Of a DNA stretch of 64,000 nt, positions 63,468 to 64,000 are shown one piece after another (the stretch's first letter is position 1; every line of letters starts with the position of its first letter). The stretch covers positions 128,001-192,000 of the forward strand of contig JBILLK010000014.1 of NCBI GenBank assembly GCA_044376115.1, written 5' to 3'. Source of the stretch: Polyangiaceae bacterium. Its GTDB lineage: Bacteria; Myxococcota_A; Polyangia; Polyangiales; Polyangiaceae. A program made the position numbers and the translations under genes. A model generated the notes under the pieces. It worked only from the letters and a program-made list of their open reading frames with translations, ran no database searches and had not been told where the DNA came from.

Positions 63468-64000
63468 TCAAACGAACAGCGAACTGACCGAGTCGGAGTT
63501 GTGAATCCGGCGAATGGCCTCGGCCATCAGCCGAGCAATGCTGACGACCTTGAACTTGCCGCTCGCCTTGGCCTCCTCCGACTGAGCGATCGAGTTGGTG
63601 ATGATCACCTCGGACAGTGGCGAATCAATGATGCGTTTGACGGCGGGCCCGGAGAGCACAGCATGCGTTGCACAGGCTGCGACCTCCTTCGCGCCAGCCT
63701 TCATCAGCGCTTGCGCGGCATTCACCAGCGTACCGGCCGTGTCGATCATGTCGTCCAGGATCAGGCAACGGCGGCCCTCGACGTCACCGATGATGTGCAT
63801 CACCTCGCTGACGTTGGCCTTCTCGCGGCGCTTGTCGATGATAGCCAGAGCACCGTGCAGCCGCTTCGAGTAGGCGCGCGCCCGCTCGACACCGCCCGCA
63901 TCCGGGGAGACCACCACGACGTCATTGGCCGAGTAGTTGGCTTTCAGATGTTGGTCCAAAAGTGCCGGCATGGCGAACAAGTGATCAAACGGAATGTTGA
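63468..64000 (-). CDS. prs: Ribose-phosphate pyrophosphokinase (3' part; 5' end outside window)
   Basis: VVVSPDAGGVERAR, IIDKRR, ILDDMIDTAGTL, ATHAVLSG, SVSSLF. Confidence 0.97.
   Translation of the reverse strand, partial: NIPFDHLFAMPALLDQHLKANYSANDVVVVSPDAGGVERARAYSKRLHGALAIIDKRREKANVSEVMHIIGDVEGRRCLILDDMIDTAGTLVNAAQALMKAGAKEVAACATHAVLSGPAVKRIIDSPLSEVIITNSIAQSEEAKASGKFKVVSIARLMAEAIRRIHNSDSVSSLFV

Noticed and set aside
1..64000. tRNA, rRNA, integrase, transposase or prophage genes
   Set aside because: None recognised; the contractile-tail homologues are explained by the T6SS (TssJLM and ClpV present), not by a prophage or eCIS.

Overview
GC-rich bacterial chromosomal window, most consistent with a myxobacterium (Myxococcota, Polyangia/Sorangium-like). 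This is inferred from the Ser/Thr kinase, FHA, PEGA, FGE-type and Cys-rich lipoprotein content and the prs-rplY-pth-rpsF-rpsR-rplI order. The centre (13.3-37.6 kb) is a two-armed type VI secretion system (T6SS). The minus arm carries a lytic transglycosylase, tssH, J, K, L, M, tagF, tssA, B and C. The plus arm carries tagH/FHA, a PAP2-like gene, hcp, tssE, F and G. No vgrG, PAAR or recognisable effector is present in the window. To the left, a plus-strand run starts with a divergent single-chain TssB-TssC sheath fusion (the most unusual gene here). It continues with a salicylyl/aminobenzoyl-CoA monooxygenase-reductase and an RDD-SpoIIM-DUF4129/DUF4350-MoxR-DUF58 module. To the right lie orphan lipoproteins, a second FHA protein, Lon, and a membrane kinase coupled to an FGE-domain protein, which together resemble the PpkA/TagR/Fha/TagF phosphorylation control module. 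Then come fmt, metabolic genes, a structured non-coding element near 55 kb, and the ribosomal/pth block with an S6:S18 leader. A Cys-rich lipoprotein gene sits between prs and rplY on the opposite strand. No CRISPR array, tRNA, rRNA or transposase was seen. All family calls come from motif recognition by eye; no database searches were run. Many ORF-track starts were trimmed to more plausible start codons.
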